A DNA stretch of 64,000 bases from Lingula anatina (Eukaryota > Animalia > Brachiopoda): positions 63,962,788-64,026,787 of the forward strand of contig CM120640.1 in assembly GCA_051362555.1 (NCBI GenBank), in the 5' to 3' direction. The notes beneath the pieces are model-generated. The model was not told where the DNA came from. It saw nothing but the letters and a program-made list of their open reading frames with translations, and did no database searches. This document shows positions 1 through 12,700 of this stretch, piece by piece. The translations under genes were made by a program, and so were the position numbers. Each line of letters begins with the position of its first letter. Position 1 is the stretch's first letter.

Positions 1-504
1 ATCCAGAGGAGAACCAAACCCCAACTAGTCCTGACCAATTCCGCTAAGCTTTTTAGGAAACACGGGGCAAAATCCTACAAAACAGAATTGTTACCCCTGT
101 TGAAGGCGGTGGCGCCGTCTACAGGAGATAATTACAGTCCGCGGTAGCCCCACACACTAATAGACACATGACCTTTAACGGGCACACCCTAATGCTAAAT
201 GTCTGTAAATTTGGTGACTTTTGGTGGTGTCTTTTCAATTTAATGGGCATTTCTTTACCTCTATAGAAATGACACTGGAACATCGGACGTGAGAGGGTAC
301 ATGTAATCAATGTGAATAAGTGGTATTAAATATAGATATCTTAACCGCTACTTAGTATTTTCTGTACCAATAATCATGTTAGTTATGGTATAATGAAAAT
401 CACCATTCATAGCAATTAGCACCTGTGATGTGATCATTTATAAATAAAAGCACATGAAACGGGGGGTGGGACAACCTTTTTGACCAATGTTGTATGACCT
501 TGTG

Positions 505-1087
505 ATTAGTGTCTGCCTCCGAAAAGGGAGGGCATGGGGGTTACCCCGTCCGGGGACATAGCATAGTCTTTATAAATGGTACCTGCTGGGCACTCAGCAG
601 ATAAGGGTTGAAGCAGGGTCCCTGGTCAGACAGAGAACAATATTGTAAACTTGCTAGTACTTAGTACCTCATATGGCAGTGGGGTTGCATCCTCTCCAGG
701 GAGGCGAGATTATCAACACAGATTGTAATGACCAGGCGTCTTAGAGAGCATTCACATCGAGAAGAGCCGTGGTCTAGCAAGGCCGAGACCTAAATATGGC
801 GGACCTACATGAAAGGAAGACTGCCTAATCCTTCAATGGTCTCTCAATGACATTCATTGATCGCCTAATCCTTTCATGGTCTCTCAATGACATTCATTGA
901 GAGACCATTAAAGGATTACGTGGTGTTCCTTTAATGTAGGTCCGCCATATTTAGGTCTCGGCCTTGCTAGACCTCAGCGCTTCTCGATGTGAATGCTCTC
1001 TTACTGTAATGAACATAATTGTCCTTACTGCTAAGTCTACAGAACAGATTTAGAATTTATACTTAAATAAATATATTATTATTATTA
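505..1087 (+). mobile_element. Degenerate SINE (V-SINE-like central domain), interrupted by a MITE
   Basis: AAATGGTACCTGCTGGGCACTCAGCAGATAAGGG resembles the V-SINE domain as I recall it; ends in an (ATT)n tail at 1073-1087. Boundaries approximate. Confidence 0.5.
744..1000. mobile_element. Palindromic MITE, PIF/Harbinger-like
   Basis: Arms GAGAGCATTCACATCGAGAAG.../...CTTCTCGATGTGAATGCTCTC fold back over nearly the whole length; TTA on both sides; short internal tandem duplication. Confidence 0.85.
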
Positions 1088-1184
1088 CATACAATGATGT
1101 GGTCCATCCAAATGACTACATCTCTTTAAGGAACATAACCTAACATTTATACTGAACTAATCTAAGTGAAACCTGGTCACTTAC

Positions 1185-4100
1185 ATTCTATCTTTCTCTG
1201 CTGTTAAGAAAGGCTCCAAGGCGGCTATCATATCCATAGCGTGTACTTGCCCCATACTGAAAACAATTGACTGAGCATTTCAATGGTTCATATTACAGTG
1301 CATATAGTACACAACCTGTCTTGATGCATGATCATATCCCTCCAGAATTACACTATATGACAGCTCTATATTGAACAGTTTGGGTCTCAGAGTTAAGATT
1401 TATTGTCTGAACATAGTGTAATAACTACTTTCTCTCATTTCACTATAATGTACCAGATTGATTTGACAACCTACCCACAAAGTACATATATAAAATATTA
1501 CTAGAACAAAATTTAAGAAAATAAAGAGCTTCTAAAAATCTCAAGACTTACTTCTCAGCTGCAAAATTACGTAAGTGAAAATATATAGCACCTCCCATAA
1601 CAGCTGTACCAAATGCAAACCAACGATACCCTGTTAAAAAAGAAACACATTTCATATATTCACTTACTGCTGAAAATTATACTAATACTATTATTGGTGA
1701 CATTTGTATTCTCTTTAATGCAAAGGTATGCTATCATAATTCATAATTAAAGAATAAAGATATAATTTTTGCATTTGAAAATGTCCCAAACTTGCCAGTC
1801 ATACCATGTAACATTCTTACAGCCCATCATTATATCCACCTAAAGGAACCAGTTTAGATATTGAAAAAAATTGCACTTTTTTTAGGTGGGGGTGGAGGAA
1901 CTGTGCAAGTGGAAATTAGCTGGGGGACAGTTGAAACTCAGCAGTAAGCCTGAGTGGACAGGTGTCCTGAAAAATAAGCGTTAAGCCCTGCAGCAGTGTA
2001 ATATTAATAATAATCACAAAGACTTAATGTATAAGTACAATAATCGATATGCCAACTAATTTTAGTAATGTTATGTAGTTGCTTGCTAGATTTTATGTAA
2101 ATATAGATATATGTAAGACGGGTTTCTCTCAGCTAAGATCATTGCTTAATTGTTTTCAGGTTAAAAAAGAATGCAAATATTTTGAAAAATAAAAATTCTT
2201 TTTAGAGCAATGGCTTTTTTCACAATAAAATGGGAATTGTCAACCTTTTCCATGCAGTGCTATTACTCAGCACAGTACAATGATTAATTTTTGGGACAAT
2301 ACAATTGTTAATTTGGGAGATTTTTCCACACACTACAATTATTTAGAACTCAAGAGTAATAGCATCAAGCCTTTTTTCAGTGTTTTTAATCACATAAAAA
2401 TATTGAAATATAATGAATTTTCGCCAAATAATTCACGTCACACATTTTTTAAAAATGGCCCACTTTTTTTGACCAAGTGGGCCAAAATGGCCCAACCAAA
2501 TTTTGACCCAGGAAGATCCCTGCATGTGAACTTGAAGAAACAATCGGGTGGAGCTGTTTGCTGAGTTTAATCTATTAACCCATGCTTAAGTTTACAGCAG
2601 TTATAAAAAAAAACACTCAGCAATCAAATCTTCGTTATGGATTCAGTGTTTTTATTCCTTACAGGTTTTATATCATAAAGTTCCAATTCATTTTTACTGT
2701 ACAAATGTTAATTTAGAATGCAACTTTACAGCGTACGTCAGGGAATTTTATAACTCCTTATAAAAAGAAATAAAATGTATTGTAAATTTAAAGTCAACAA
2801 GCTTTATTGTATCTTTCATTTTGCATTTGGTTAAGAATTCAAAGTGATTTATGACGGTTAAATATGCATTCAATTCGGATTTTTATAGATCATACTTTGT
2901 ATTGTGATACTGATCAAGTCTGATGTTGATAAAGTCGCCCCTGACGCTAGAAAATCTCTTTGATGGCCATTTCCCTGAGCTAAATACATAAGTGAATATC
3001 AACAAACAGTTGTCACGCGTATTTGTTCACAGATATACTCGATACAGATGATAAAATATGCCTATTATAACATGTATCTGATGTTAACTGAAATTGCAGC
3101 CCGTCGGAGGAGTGTTGGTATTATCGCTGATAAAATCACCATCAGCTCTAGAAAATCCTCCTGGGGCCCATTGACTGACGCTAAAATCCCAAGTGAATAT
3201 GACCAAGTGGTTGTCACAAGAAATTGTCCTCTTGTCTGTTTGATATGAACGATCAAAGTTCGCCATTTTAACATTAAGAGTAATGGGCGCAAGCCAATGT
3301 TTAACCCTAGTCCTAAAATCGAGCCTCGTTCTGGGTTAGGTAATCCGGTGTCACGTGAAGAAACCGTCGTCGTGAATAAACCGTTCTGACAGATTATTCA
3401 CGCGGGGGTATCAGTCTGTTGACTTACAGTACGTAGCTGCACATGCATTTTCAACATTTCCCCCGTAGAGATGTAGTATTATCAAACACACAATTTCTTT
3501 TTAATGAAAATGACTGAACTCTGAATTGAAAGAACATTGTAGAGTGAAAACAATTGAGTCTACGATCTACGACGTTTTTCACACAGAGCAAAACAGTTCA
3601 GTCACGATCAAAAGCTCACTTCCACATTCCCCCGTATACTGTAGTAATAAGATTATCAAATACATAGAGCGCATTCTCAACGAATTAAGCCAGGCTTTAC
3701 AAAGCCGGTGACCTAAAAATGGCAGGCGTACATGAAAGAAAACCCGCCTAATCTTTTAATAGTCTCTCCGCCTCTCACACGCCTCCCCACACGTCATCCC
3801 TGCGGGGTACAGTAATTAAATCTCGGCTCCGAACATTAATATTTCCGTGAATATCTCTGGTGATATTATCTCCGTAGATAGTCGATTCATTGCTGCTCTA
3901 CGGGCCAAATTATTCCTTTTTCGTCTCTGTTTTCAAAGATAATAAAACAGAAGAGCTTTTTTCCTTCGATCGCCTTCAGCCGCCATGCTTTCTTCACCAC
4001 GAGTTTAACTGATGAGCATGCGCACTTAATATTTTTCAGATAGCTTCCGCATGGCGAACGGAGACGAGATTTAATTACTGTACCCCGCAGGGACGACGTG

Positions 4101-6102
4101 TGGGGAGGCGGAGAGACTATTAAAAGATTAGGCGGTTTTTCTTTCATGTACGTTCGCCATTTTTAGGTCACCGGCTTTGTAAAGCCTGGCTTAATTCGTT
4201 GAGAATGCGCTCATACTCTCTCATGATGAAAACCACTGAATTATGAATTGAAAGATCATAGTTCAGTGCAAACATAGCGCCTACTTAGGACGTCATCGTC
4301 ATATCGGAAGTTACTTCTTTCTATTTACCCTCAATGCGCATGTGCAGAACGGTTTCGTCACGGCACGGGTCTATCACGCGGGTACGTACGGATAAAATTT
4401 AGTCCCAAAATATTACATGTCCCTATACTCCCGTTACCGATAGATACATAAAGGAAAAACTGAAAAAACGTCTTTTTAGATTTAAATACCGATAGATCCG
4501 ATTTTTTACTGCTGTCCTATATATTTGCGTTCCTATAGTTACGACGTCCTCATAAACCCACGGCCTTTAAATCCGCATACCTATAGATCCACGTATTTTG
4601 AGATCCAAAAACCGATAGATCCATTACAGGTATGCTTTTGCTCAAAATGGTTGGTATAAGCCTACTACTCAGTACATAAAATGCACTTCTTTAAAACGAC
4701 AGTACACATATTAATCATTTTAGCAATTTATATTCTACTAGATCGTTTTCACACAATACTCAGTGAAAGAACATAAAAAGAACATAAAAAATGTGTTCTA
4801 TATATTTCGCAACGCTTACTGTTCTAGCGTCAGAACACTGTTAAAAGCGTTCTCAAAATGTAACATTTGAACACGTAAAAAGTGTTCTGAATTTACATGT
4901 AAATGTGTTCTAAACAAAACCAAAAAAAAAAAAAAAACATAAAAATGTGTTCTATATTTCACAACGCTCAGTGTTCTGGCGCAGAACACTGTTTTTAAAA
5001 GCGTTCTCAAAATGTAACATTTGCACACTTAAAATGTGTTCTGTTTCATGTTTGCGACGCGTTCCCGAACTTAGGAGTGTGATAGACGTGTAGACGCGAA
5101 CGTACATTGTACATGTATGTCTTGTTTGAAAACCTAATAAATATATAAATACATAAAAAATGAATAAATAATAAATATAAGGTTGTAATTAAGTCAGATC
5201 ACTAAGTGGATCAGTATGTATGTATTCGCAGCCAGACTATCACTCGAAAGCCTCATACCTGTATCACAAGTTGATATCGGCCTTAGCCGAGTACGATGTC
5301 AGATAGATGGATCTAGCGGTACCTGGATCTAAAGATACGTGGGTTTATAGGAATCTGGTGGTGGATCTATCGGAACATTAATTTAACGAGACGTAAATCT
5401 ATTGAGACGTGTATGTATAGAGACGTATCTATCGGGACGAATATTTATTGGGACGTTTATCTATATGGCGGACCCCTATCACGCCACACCGGAAACCGAC
5501 TGTAAGAATACCACAATTTAGAACGTCATAACTGATAAAGGTACTCTCCACGGGATTTACTCTTTATTTTTCAAGGAAAATTTCCATGGACTTATAAACA
5601 TTCAGAATAAAACTTAAAAAGGCATGCTTTATAACGATCTAAAAAGTAAGAGTCGTTTTATAACACCTGTTAACGGTTTTATAAATTACTTAAGTTATGT
5701 GGTTCTTAGATTCGCCAACCGATCAAAGCAACCGTTCAAGCCATTGCATCTAAATTCTAATGTATCTTCGTGTTTCAGTAGCTTAAATATAGTTTATAAA
5801 TAACAATCTACCTATATTTCTTCGATGACATAATACTTGAGCTACAGAAAGTGTTGATACCAAAGATTACTTAATTTAACTCGCGGTCAAGTGGAATTTG
5901 GAAAGTTCAAGACGTAGTTTTAGACGAATACTCCGTGTCACCACGCCTCTTAGCGGACTTAAATGGACATTTGTCTGTCCTAAACTTAAATATAATGAAC
6001 TTATTTGTTACCCGAAAAGTTTTTCCTTGGAACTTTTTGCCACATGGGCTCACTATAGCCGCCAGGCCGCGGCATTTCTTGTCTGTACTTGATGTTCGCC
6101 AT
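1185..6102 (-). CDS. NDUFA13: NADH dehydrogenase 1 alpha subcomplex subunit 13 (GRIM-19), exons 1-3; 3' exons presumed left of the window
   Basis: Exons 6102-6012 (91 nt), 1630-1552 (79 nt), 1256-1185 (72 nt), all GT-AG and phase-compatible. Spliced product MANIKYRQEMPRPGGYSEPMWQKVPRKNFSG|YRWFAFGTAVMGGAIYFHLRNFAAEN|MGQVHAMDMIAALEPFLTAEKDR matches NDUFA13 motifs (QDMPPxGGY, one TM helix, ALxPxLxAExDR) and the exon phases I recall for the vertebrate gene. Confidence 0.9.
3667..4212. mobile_element. Palindromic MITE, PIF/Harbinger-like, related to 744-1000
   Basis: Long inverted arms starting GAGCGCATTCTCAACGAATTAAGCC; 3-bp ATA duplication; shares CCTAAA(A/T)ATGGC..TACATGAAAG..GCCTAATC with the 744 element. 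Confidence 0.85.
4380..5475 (+). mobile_element. Non-autonomous Mutator-like DNA transposon, copy A
   Basis: Ends GGGTACG.../...CGGACCC, flanked by the 9-bp duplication CTATCACGC (4371-4379, 5476-5484); subterminal GATAGATCC-type repeats; internal duplication of about 150 bp at 4790-5040. Confidence 0.85.
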
Positions 6103-6593
6103 TTTGGTGGTTGTTGGAGGTCAAACAAGATGGTAAAGTAAAACGCAAGACGTAAATTATGTCTTCACGAAGTTACAAGATAAAATGTGTATTTCAGTAA
6201 CAATGAATTTGTGCTCCTATTATGTCACAATCCATGTTTTATGGCTGAATTTTTAGGGAAAACATCTCATGAAAAAGACATTTCCTTACGATTTATTCCC
6301 AGATTGCAATTTTAATTAGTTAACGCAAAACGATACAGTGCAGCAGCGCTCTCAGCAATGCCTTTCAAAAATAATAATAAACCCTCTCATTTAGCGCTCA
6401 CTTACGGTTCTCAGTCTGACCTAGAACATATTGTTTTTCTCTTTTAATGAAAAATAACCTTAATCTGTTCTAGGACACTCTGAAGGACTTCCTAAAAACA
6501 GTTCTTGAACTGTTAAATTCATAATCACAGTACAACATTTGAGCTGTAAAAAAAAAAAAAAAAAAAAAAAAAAGTAAGAGACCATTCCCAGAG

Positions 6594-7316
6594 GGGTCCG
6601 CCATATAGATAAACGTCCCAATAAAATATTCGTCCCGATAGATACGTCTCTATACATACACGTCTCAATAGATTTACGTCTCGTTAAAACGTTCCGATAG
6701 ATCCACCAACAGTTTCCTATAAACCCACGTATCTATAGATCCAGGTACCGCTAGATCCATCTATCTGACATCGTAATTAATCGGCTAAAATGCCGATATA
6801 AACTTGAGATACAGGTATGAGGCTTTCGAGATGCGAGTACTGACCCACTCAGTGAGATGACTTAATTACAACCTGATATTTATTTATTTATATATTTATT
6901 AGGTGTTCAAACAAGACATAGGCCTACATGTACGTTCGCGTCTACACGTCTTTAGGCCTACTATCGTTTACTATCATTTACTCCATTCCGCAATGTAGGC
7001 CCTACGCACGTAACTTCATCAATGTAAACTACTTGGACATAAAAACGACACAAATTCGTTATTATGTCCAAGATGTAAGTAACTTCTACTGTATATATAT
7101 ATATAAATAGCCGATTTTTGCCTGCAAACTTTGGGTATGTTTGTCAACCATACAGTAGGCCTAATGGTTTCTATCAAGTATACAAGACAGTTATCAGGCA
7201 GAATCATTCATGAAATGCCCAAATAAATCATACACAGTATAAAATAAGAAGGGTTTACTTGTAAAACTCTTAACATTATTTCATCAACTTTTGCCGAGTT
7301 CTTAATTGACGGGGGT

Positions 7317-7358
<42 letters not shown>

Positions 7359-7898
7359 TGGATTAATCGCTATGAAAAAATATATAATCTTAGGTTCCTG
7401 TCAGAAGCCTTCGTAATCAAAATGAATGTAAATGAATGTAACATGAAAATAACAAAACATCTAGTGAAATCATAAATTTCCGTCAGATAATGCATTAGTA
7501 GGCCTCATGTAAATTACCCGAGTATTGCGTAAAAACGATCTATAGTAGAATAATAAATTGCTGATAGGATTAATATGTGTACTCTCGTTTTAAACAGTGC
7601 ATTTTATGTACTGAGTAGTATACCAACCATTTTGAGCAATAGTGTACCTGTAATGGATCTATCGGTATTTGGATCTAAAAATACATGGATCTATAGGTAT
7701 GCGGATGTAAAGGACGCGGGTTTATGAGGACGTCGTATCTATAGGAACGCAAATTTATAGGACGGTGGTAAAAAATCGGATCTATCGGTATTAAAATCTA
7801 AAAAGACGTTTTTTCAGTTTTTCCCTTTATGTATCTATCGGGAACGGGAGTATAGGGACGTGTAATATTTTGGGACTAAATTTTATCCGTACGTACCC
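6594..7898 (-). mobile_element. Non-autonomous Mutator-like DNA transposon, copy B (inverted relative to copy A)
   Basis: Ends GGGTCCG.../...CGTACCC; 9-bp duplication TTCCCAGAG (6585-6593, 7899-7907); both terminal several-hundred-bp segments are reverse complements of copy A. Confidence 0.85.
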
Positions 7899-8050
7899 TT
7901 CCCAGAGACTATCGTTAACATTGGAACGAACTATCTCCAGGGGAATTCTCGCTTTATTGCAATTAACTTGGGCGGCTTAGATGTCTGTCACGCCCACTGA
8001 AGCTGATAATAATAATAAACAATCGTTTAACAGCTTTAGTAAGCGTGCCA

Positions 8051-8627
8051 GCCCCTATTTCACACAGACTACGAATCCCACGAATCGCCAGGAATTGACA
8101 AATTTCAGGATTCGTGAGGATTCGTGAGATTTTGCAAATTTTCTGGCCTAATTCGACACGCTCTACGATTCAGTTACGATACAGGTGCGATAGTGTTACG
8201 AATATTCGTGGGATTCGGCTTGAATCGCACGAATATTGTCAAGAATTCACTACCATTTTTTTTGGAATCGGGAGTTCGTGGCCAAAATTTTGAACAGCTG
8301 AAAATTTTGCCACGAATTCCCGATTGATCAAGAATTGCAAGAACTGACTACGATTATATACGAATCTGTTAAGAACGTCACGAACTGATTACGATTCAAC
8401 CAAGAATCCTGAAATTTGTCAATTCCTGGCGATTCGTGGGATTCGTGGTCTGTGTGAAATAGGGCCATCAATGTTTTTGCCACGAATTCCTGTTGGTCAA
8501 GAATTGCAAGAACTGACTACAAATATATATACGAATCTGTTAAGAACTTCACGAACTGATTACGATTCAACCACGAATCCTGAAATTTGGCGATTCGTGG
8601 GATTCGTGGTCTGTGTAAAATAGGGGC
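8051..8627. mobile_element. TIR element with duplicated right end and CACGAATC-rich subrepeats
   Basis: GCCCCTATTTCACACAGAC.. pairs with ..GTCTGTGTGAAATAGGGCC (8466) and again with ..GTCTGTGTAAAATAGGGGC (8627); no clear TSD. Confidence 0.75.
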
Positions 8628-8639
8628 ATAAGCCACTTC

Positions 8640-10146
8640 ATACCCCCGTCACACTAGAGGCGGAATGAGCAAGAATGCCGTCGAAGAGACAATTCTTTGT
8701 GCGCTCCTGGATATTCGAAGAGCATTCTAAAAATTCCGAGTGCATTCTAAATATTTTACCCATTCATGTGGCATTCCGAATGTTTTTGTCATGTCAAAAA
8801 CTTTCGAAGTGCATTCCAAGTGGAAATTTATCGAATGGCATTTGAACAGTATTCTAACTGCACTATGACTGCATTCTAAATATTCTCACGGCATTCCGAC
8901 AGCATTCGAAACATTCTGATAACATTAGAGGAATATTCGAACTGACAAGTTTCTTAAAGCCCCCGTCAAACTTATTCGAAATCAGTAGGAATCAAGCCGG
9001 AATTACTAAATTTAAAAATTCGTGCCATATTCGAGAGGGAATTTAAAATTATCATAAAATATTACGGCTTTGTAAGAATGCCCCTGGAATACTATGAATG
9101 CACATCGAACCCGCCTGGAATGATTCTTGCACATTCCAGGTATATTACCCCTCATATGCAGCTCGAATGTAGTTGGAATACTGTAGGGATATTGCGATAA
9201 ATTTCCTCTTGGAATGCACTTCGAAAGTTTTTGACATGACAAAAACATTCGAGCCGGCCACAAGAATGGGTAAAAATATTTGGAATGCACTCAGAATTTT
9301 TAGAATGTTTTTAGAATGCTATTCGAATATCCTGAAATGCACAAAGAATTGTATTTCCGACGCCATTATTAAAGATACATACAAAGTCAATTTTTTGTCA
9401 TAAAAACCAACCAAGTGCCAGCATATAGTTTCAAGTAGTATAACTAAGAGAATTACCAAAAGGCATTGTTTAATTTTACCCGAAAGTGATGTTTGAATAG
9501 ATTTTTCTGCTAGCATTCTAAGCTGTATGTCAATGGGGCAGAAAAGTAGGTCACGAAAGTAGGTTAAATTGACAACCAAAAATTTAAAGAAAGGATCACT
9601 CTAAAGCTCTTTTATGGCTGATCGGGTGATTTATTCAGTTTATCCCTTGGCATGTCGAATTTATTAGAGTCGTATAAGAAACTAGTAGAAGTGGTTTACA
9701 TGTGTTACTGGGAATCCACGCTCCACCGATGCTCGGTTCGTATGTACCTTTAATCATTCCGCCTCTAGTGTGACGGGGATTTTATACTCCACCAGAATGT
9801 TTCGAATGTGCCTCGGATGAGCTGAAATATTAATTTTGCCAGCAATCGAACTACACTAGTGCGCCGTTCAAAGTATATTCTAAATATTAATACTGCCTTC
9901 TTACAGCATTATAAATATTCCTAGTTTTCCAACTACATTCGAACTGCTTTTGAGAGCTACACAGTCGAAAACGCACTCATCATTCCAGGCGAATTCAAGC
10001 GCATTCTGAGTATTCCAACGGTACTCTTACAATAATTAAGGTCAATTTGAAATTTTCCCCCGAATGTGGTTCGAATTTTAAAAATTCTTCGTTCGGGCTC
10101 ATTCTTCTTCATTCCTGCTGATTCCGAATAAGTGTGACGGGGGTAT
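8640..10146. mobile_element. TIR element (ATACCCCCGTCACACT ends) containing an inverted copy of itself at about 8957-9782
   Basis: Outer TIRs 8640/10146. The inner element starts with the reverse complement of the outer right end and finishes with the reverse complement of the outer left end (CATTCCGCCTCTAGTGTGACGGGG). GAAT/ATTC-rich interior. Confidence 0.75.
9373..9749. mobile_element. Kolobok-like non-autonomous element
   Basis: TTAA|AGATACATAC ... GTATGTACCT|TTAA: TTAA duplication with AG..CT termini. Confidence 0.6.
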
Positions 10147-10222
10147 TAGCTGAAAGCAATTTAGAGAGAGACCCCGTGGAGATGGGCCGATCCTGTTAGA
10201 TCGATCTAGGGACGGGAACCCA

Positions 10223-10437
10223 GACCCCATTCCCACAGATTTTAGATGGATCTATCCCTGTGGAGAGTCTCACTAGATTACTGTCAGCTTAGCCGGCTTA
10301 AGCGTCTGTCCCGCCTAATAAAAGCTGTAAAGGGGTAATTAACTACCGCGCGCGCTCGGCTGACAGCAATTTAGCGTGAACCCCCAGGGAGTTAGGTCGG
10401 CCTAGATGGATCGATCTTAATCTATGGGAATGCAGGC
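10223..10437. mobile_element. Harbinger-like MITE, same family as 56907-57121
   Basis: GACCCCATTCCC/GGGAATGCAGGC ends, CCA duplicated on both sides; close reverse-complement match to 56907-57121. Confidence 0.8.
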
Positions 10438-11379
10438 CCAGTCTAAGGTTATACCAAAAAGAAAATGTTCCGTCAAGTGAATTGGAACAACTTCTCAAAG
10501 ATCAGTTTATTCAGAGGTGGAAGTCAGAGATTATTTAGTTATTACAATTAATAATACCTATTACCTAGACACACCTTTTGAACTAAAATATTCCACATTA
10601 AAAAAAATCAAGTCTGTAATTTCGTACCTTAATGTGTTTGGTGAAATAAGGTAGGGGCATTGTGAGCAAATGTTAAAAATTGTCAATTTAAAACCGATAT
10701 ATACATATGGTACCATCTTCTAATTCTTATTTTTATTTATCTATTTCATTTTTTTCGATATTTATATTCTGTGATATATAAACGTAGACATATTTTATGA
10801 TATCAATAATAAAATGTCAACTTTAGATAAGTAGGTCGTAAAAATGGTACCACAATTGTAAAATAATTATACATAAGAAAAAGAGCATCGGTGTCTAAGA
10901 TGCAATTCAAACATTATTTTAACTACATCTCCACCGATAATTCTTGCCATTTTAATGTTATCTAAAGGAGTTTCAATGCGTTATAAAAGCCTACATTTGG
11001 CAAAATAGCTTTCCCTCTGTTTCTTTTATGTGAAAAACTTATCTTATTCTCCGAACTTTTTTTTCGTTTTTTTCACCACCACCATATATTAACGCATGTT
11101 CATAACTTTTTTTTTATCTTAGACAAAAGTACAAATGGACACACAAGATCAGATAACTATTTACCAGTCCATAATAAGGTAGGGCTTAGAGTATGGCGGC
11201 ATTGAGCGCATTCAGAACAGAGTACTAACAGATCCGAGGATCAAATATGGCCGACCCACTTGAATGCTTGTTGCGTAACCCCTACGGGGTGTCCATCCGT
11301 TGTCTAATCGGGCTGTCTGACCTTGTCTGTTAAACCCTGCGAGTTTACCTCTGGTATGCATTCAAAGAGTAGTTTTCTT

Positions 11380-12700
11380 TCAATTTCGTGATGATCGCAT
11401 TCTAGGAAGAAATGAAGTTCATCTTCCACCTTGTCACAGTGGGAACATTTTCGGTCCTACAGTTGTGCCTTGGGGTCGCTCTCTTTCAATTTCTAGGTCG
11501 TGATTACTTATTCGCATTTTTGCCAAAAGTATTTTTGTGGGTACGTGGAATATTAATTTTTAAGAATCTTTCGGGCTCATAGTAATTGTTAATTTTTCTG
11601 TATGTTTTAAGTTTATTATTTTCCTCTCTGTGCAACTCTTCCCCAAAAATCTTGTTTTATTTTGATGGCTATATCATTCTCTAGATTTTGCTGATTGTGG
11701 ATTTTATTGTCAATTGGACCAAATATGACATTGCCCAAAACCAGTTATTTGTCCGATCTGTTTGTTCTCTGTTGTAGGCTTGTTTGATAATTCTTTGCTC
11801 TGGGAGGTTATTCAGCCTTTCACTGTATCTTGATACTAATTTGACAGTGTCCAAGTATAATGGGAGACCAGGTTCTGCACGACAGGCATTTTTGCTGGCT
11901 GATCTTCTCACACCAAGTGCCCATTTACACATTTTAAGTGTATACGTTCATAGGGCATTTTGCTTATTTTATTTATTGACCAGGCCCATTTCAAAAGTGG
12001 GGTTAGTTTTCTTAAAAATCGCACCTTTTTTTACCATGAATCCTTCGTGTACGTAGCTAAAATTTTATCCAGAGGGGACCTATCCCTCCCCCCTTACGGG
12101 CCTGATGACATTATTTTTTCTGAGATTTATTGTGCCCAATTTCACATCCATATAACATTTCATTTCTGATAGAGCCTTCACCAGTCGCTTTTCCATTTTT
12201 CAATTTTTTTGATAACAGTTTTTTACTTCTCAAATGCTTATGGGGTTATTAAGGACAGGATCTCCTTCTGTTCTCTCATATTTACTAATTTCACGATCTA
12301 TTCGCTGATCATCAGTAGGGGGAATTCCGCAAAGTTGTTGGAAATGTTGCTGCAAAATCTCAGGACTAATTATGTTGTTTTTTTTTCTTCTCTATCCTTT
12401 AGTTTTTTAAGAGTTTGCTAGAACTCTTTAGGGGTTTTTTTCAGACACCAGTTTATTTAGGATAACATTTTTGTACTCATTCTTTCTTTACTAGTTGTTT
12501 ATATTTCTTTGTAGCTAGGTGGTAGGTTTGTGAAATGTAGTCGTGTGTGTGTGTGTGTGTGTTTGTAGTAGTAGTAGTAGTAGTAGTTTTCCAAGATGTT
12601 TTATATTTCTTCTGACTTCAGAACACGTGCTGTCAAACCATGGTTGTTTTTTATTCGTTTTTTCTTATTTGATCTCATGCTTATAGAATTGACCTTTTTA
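11380..12700 (-). mobile_element. Decayed, internally deleted non-LTR retrotransposon (LINE) ORF2 remnant
   Basis: Broken minus-strand frames give KQPWFDSTC (EN-RT linker), IKKLK (RT start), CKWALGVRRSASKNACRAE.G, RISNHDLEIE and KCSHCDKVEDELHFFLEC (C-terminal Zn knuckle); stops and frameshifts, RT core absent. Confidence 0.75.

Larger units (their letters stand above)
6578..10443. mobile_element. Old Harbinger-like MITE (about 245 bp when reconstructed) split by nested insertions
   Basis: Left end GAGACCATTCCC, reconstructed right end GGGAACCCA|GTC, TAA on both sides; remnants at 7908-8050 and 10147-10222 resemble the 10223 and 56907 MITEs. Confidence 0.6.

Noticed and set aside
1-310. Open frames at the window start as NDUFA13 exon 4 or another gene's end
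   Set aside because: No match to the expected EExxxMKDVPxW motif and no recognisable domain.
3084-3266. ORF starting AAAATGGCGAAC like NDUFA13 exon 1 (alternative first exon?)
   Set aside because: Similarity is limited to 12 nt; the peptide is unrelated and no convincing in-phase donor was found.
11204-11290. GAGCGCATTC.. MITE-like left end
   Set aside because: No matching right end or TSD found, so it is not called as a complete element.
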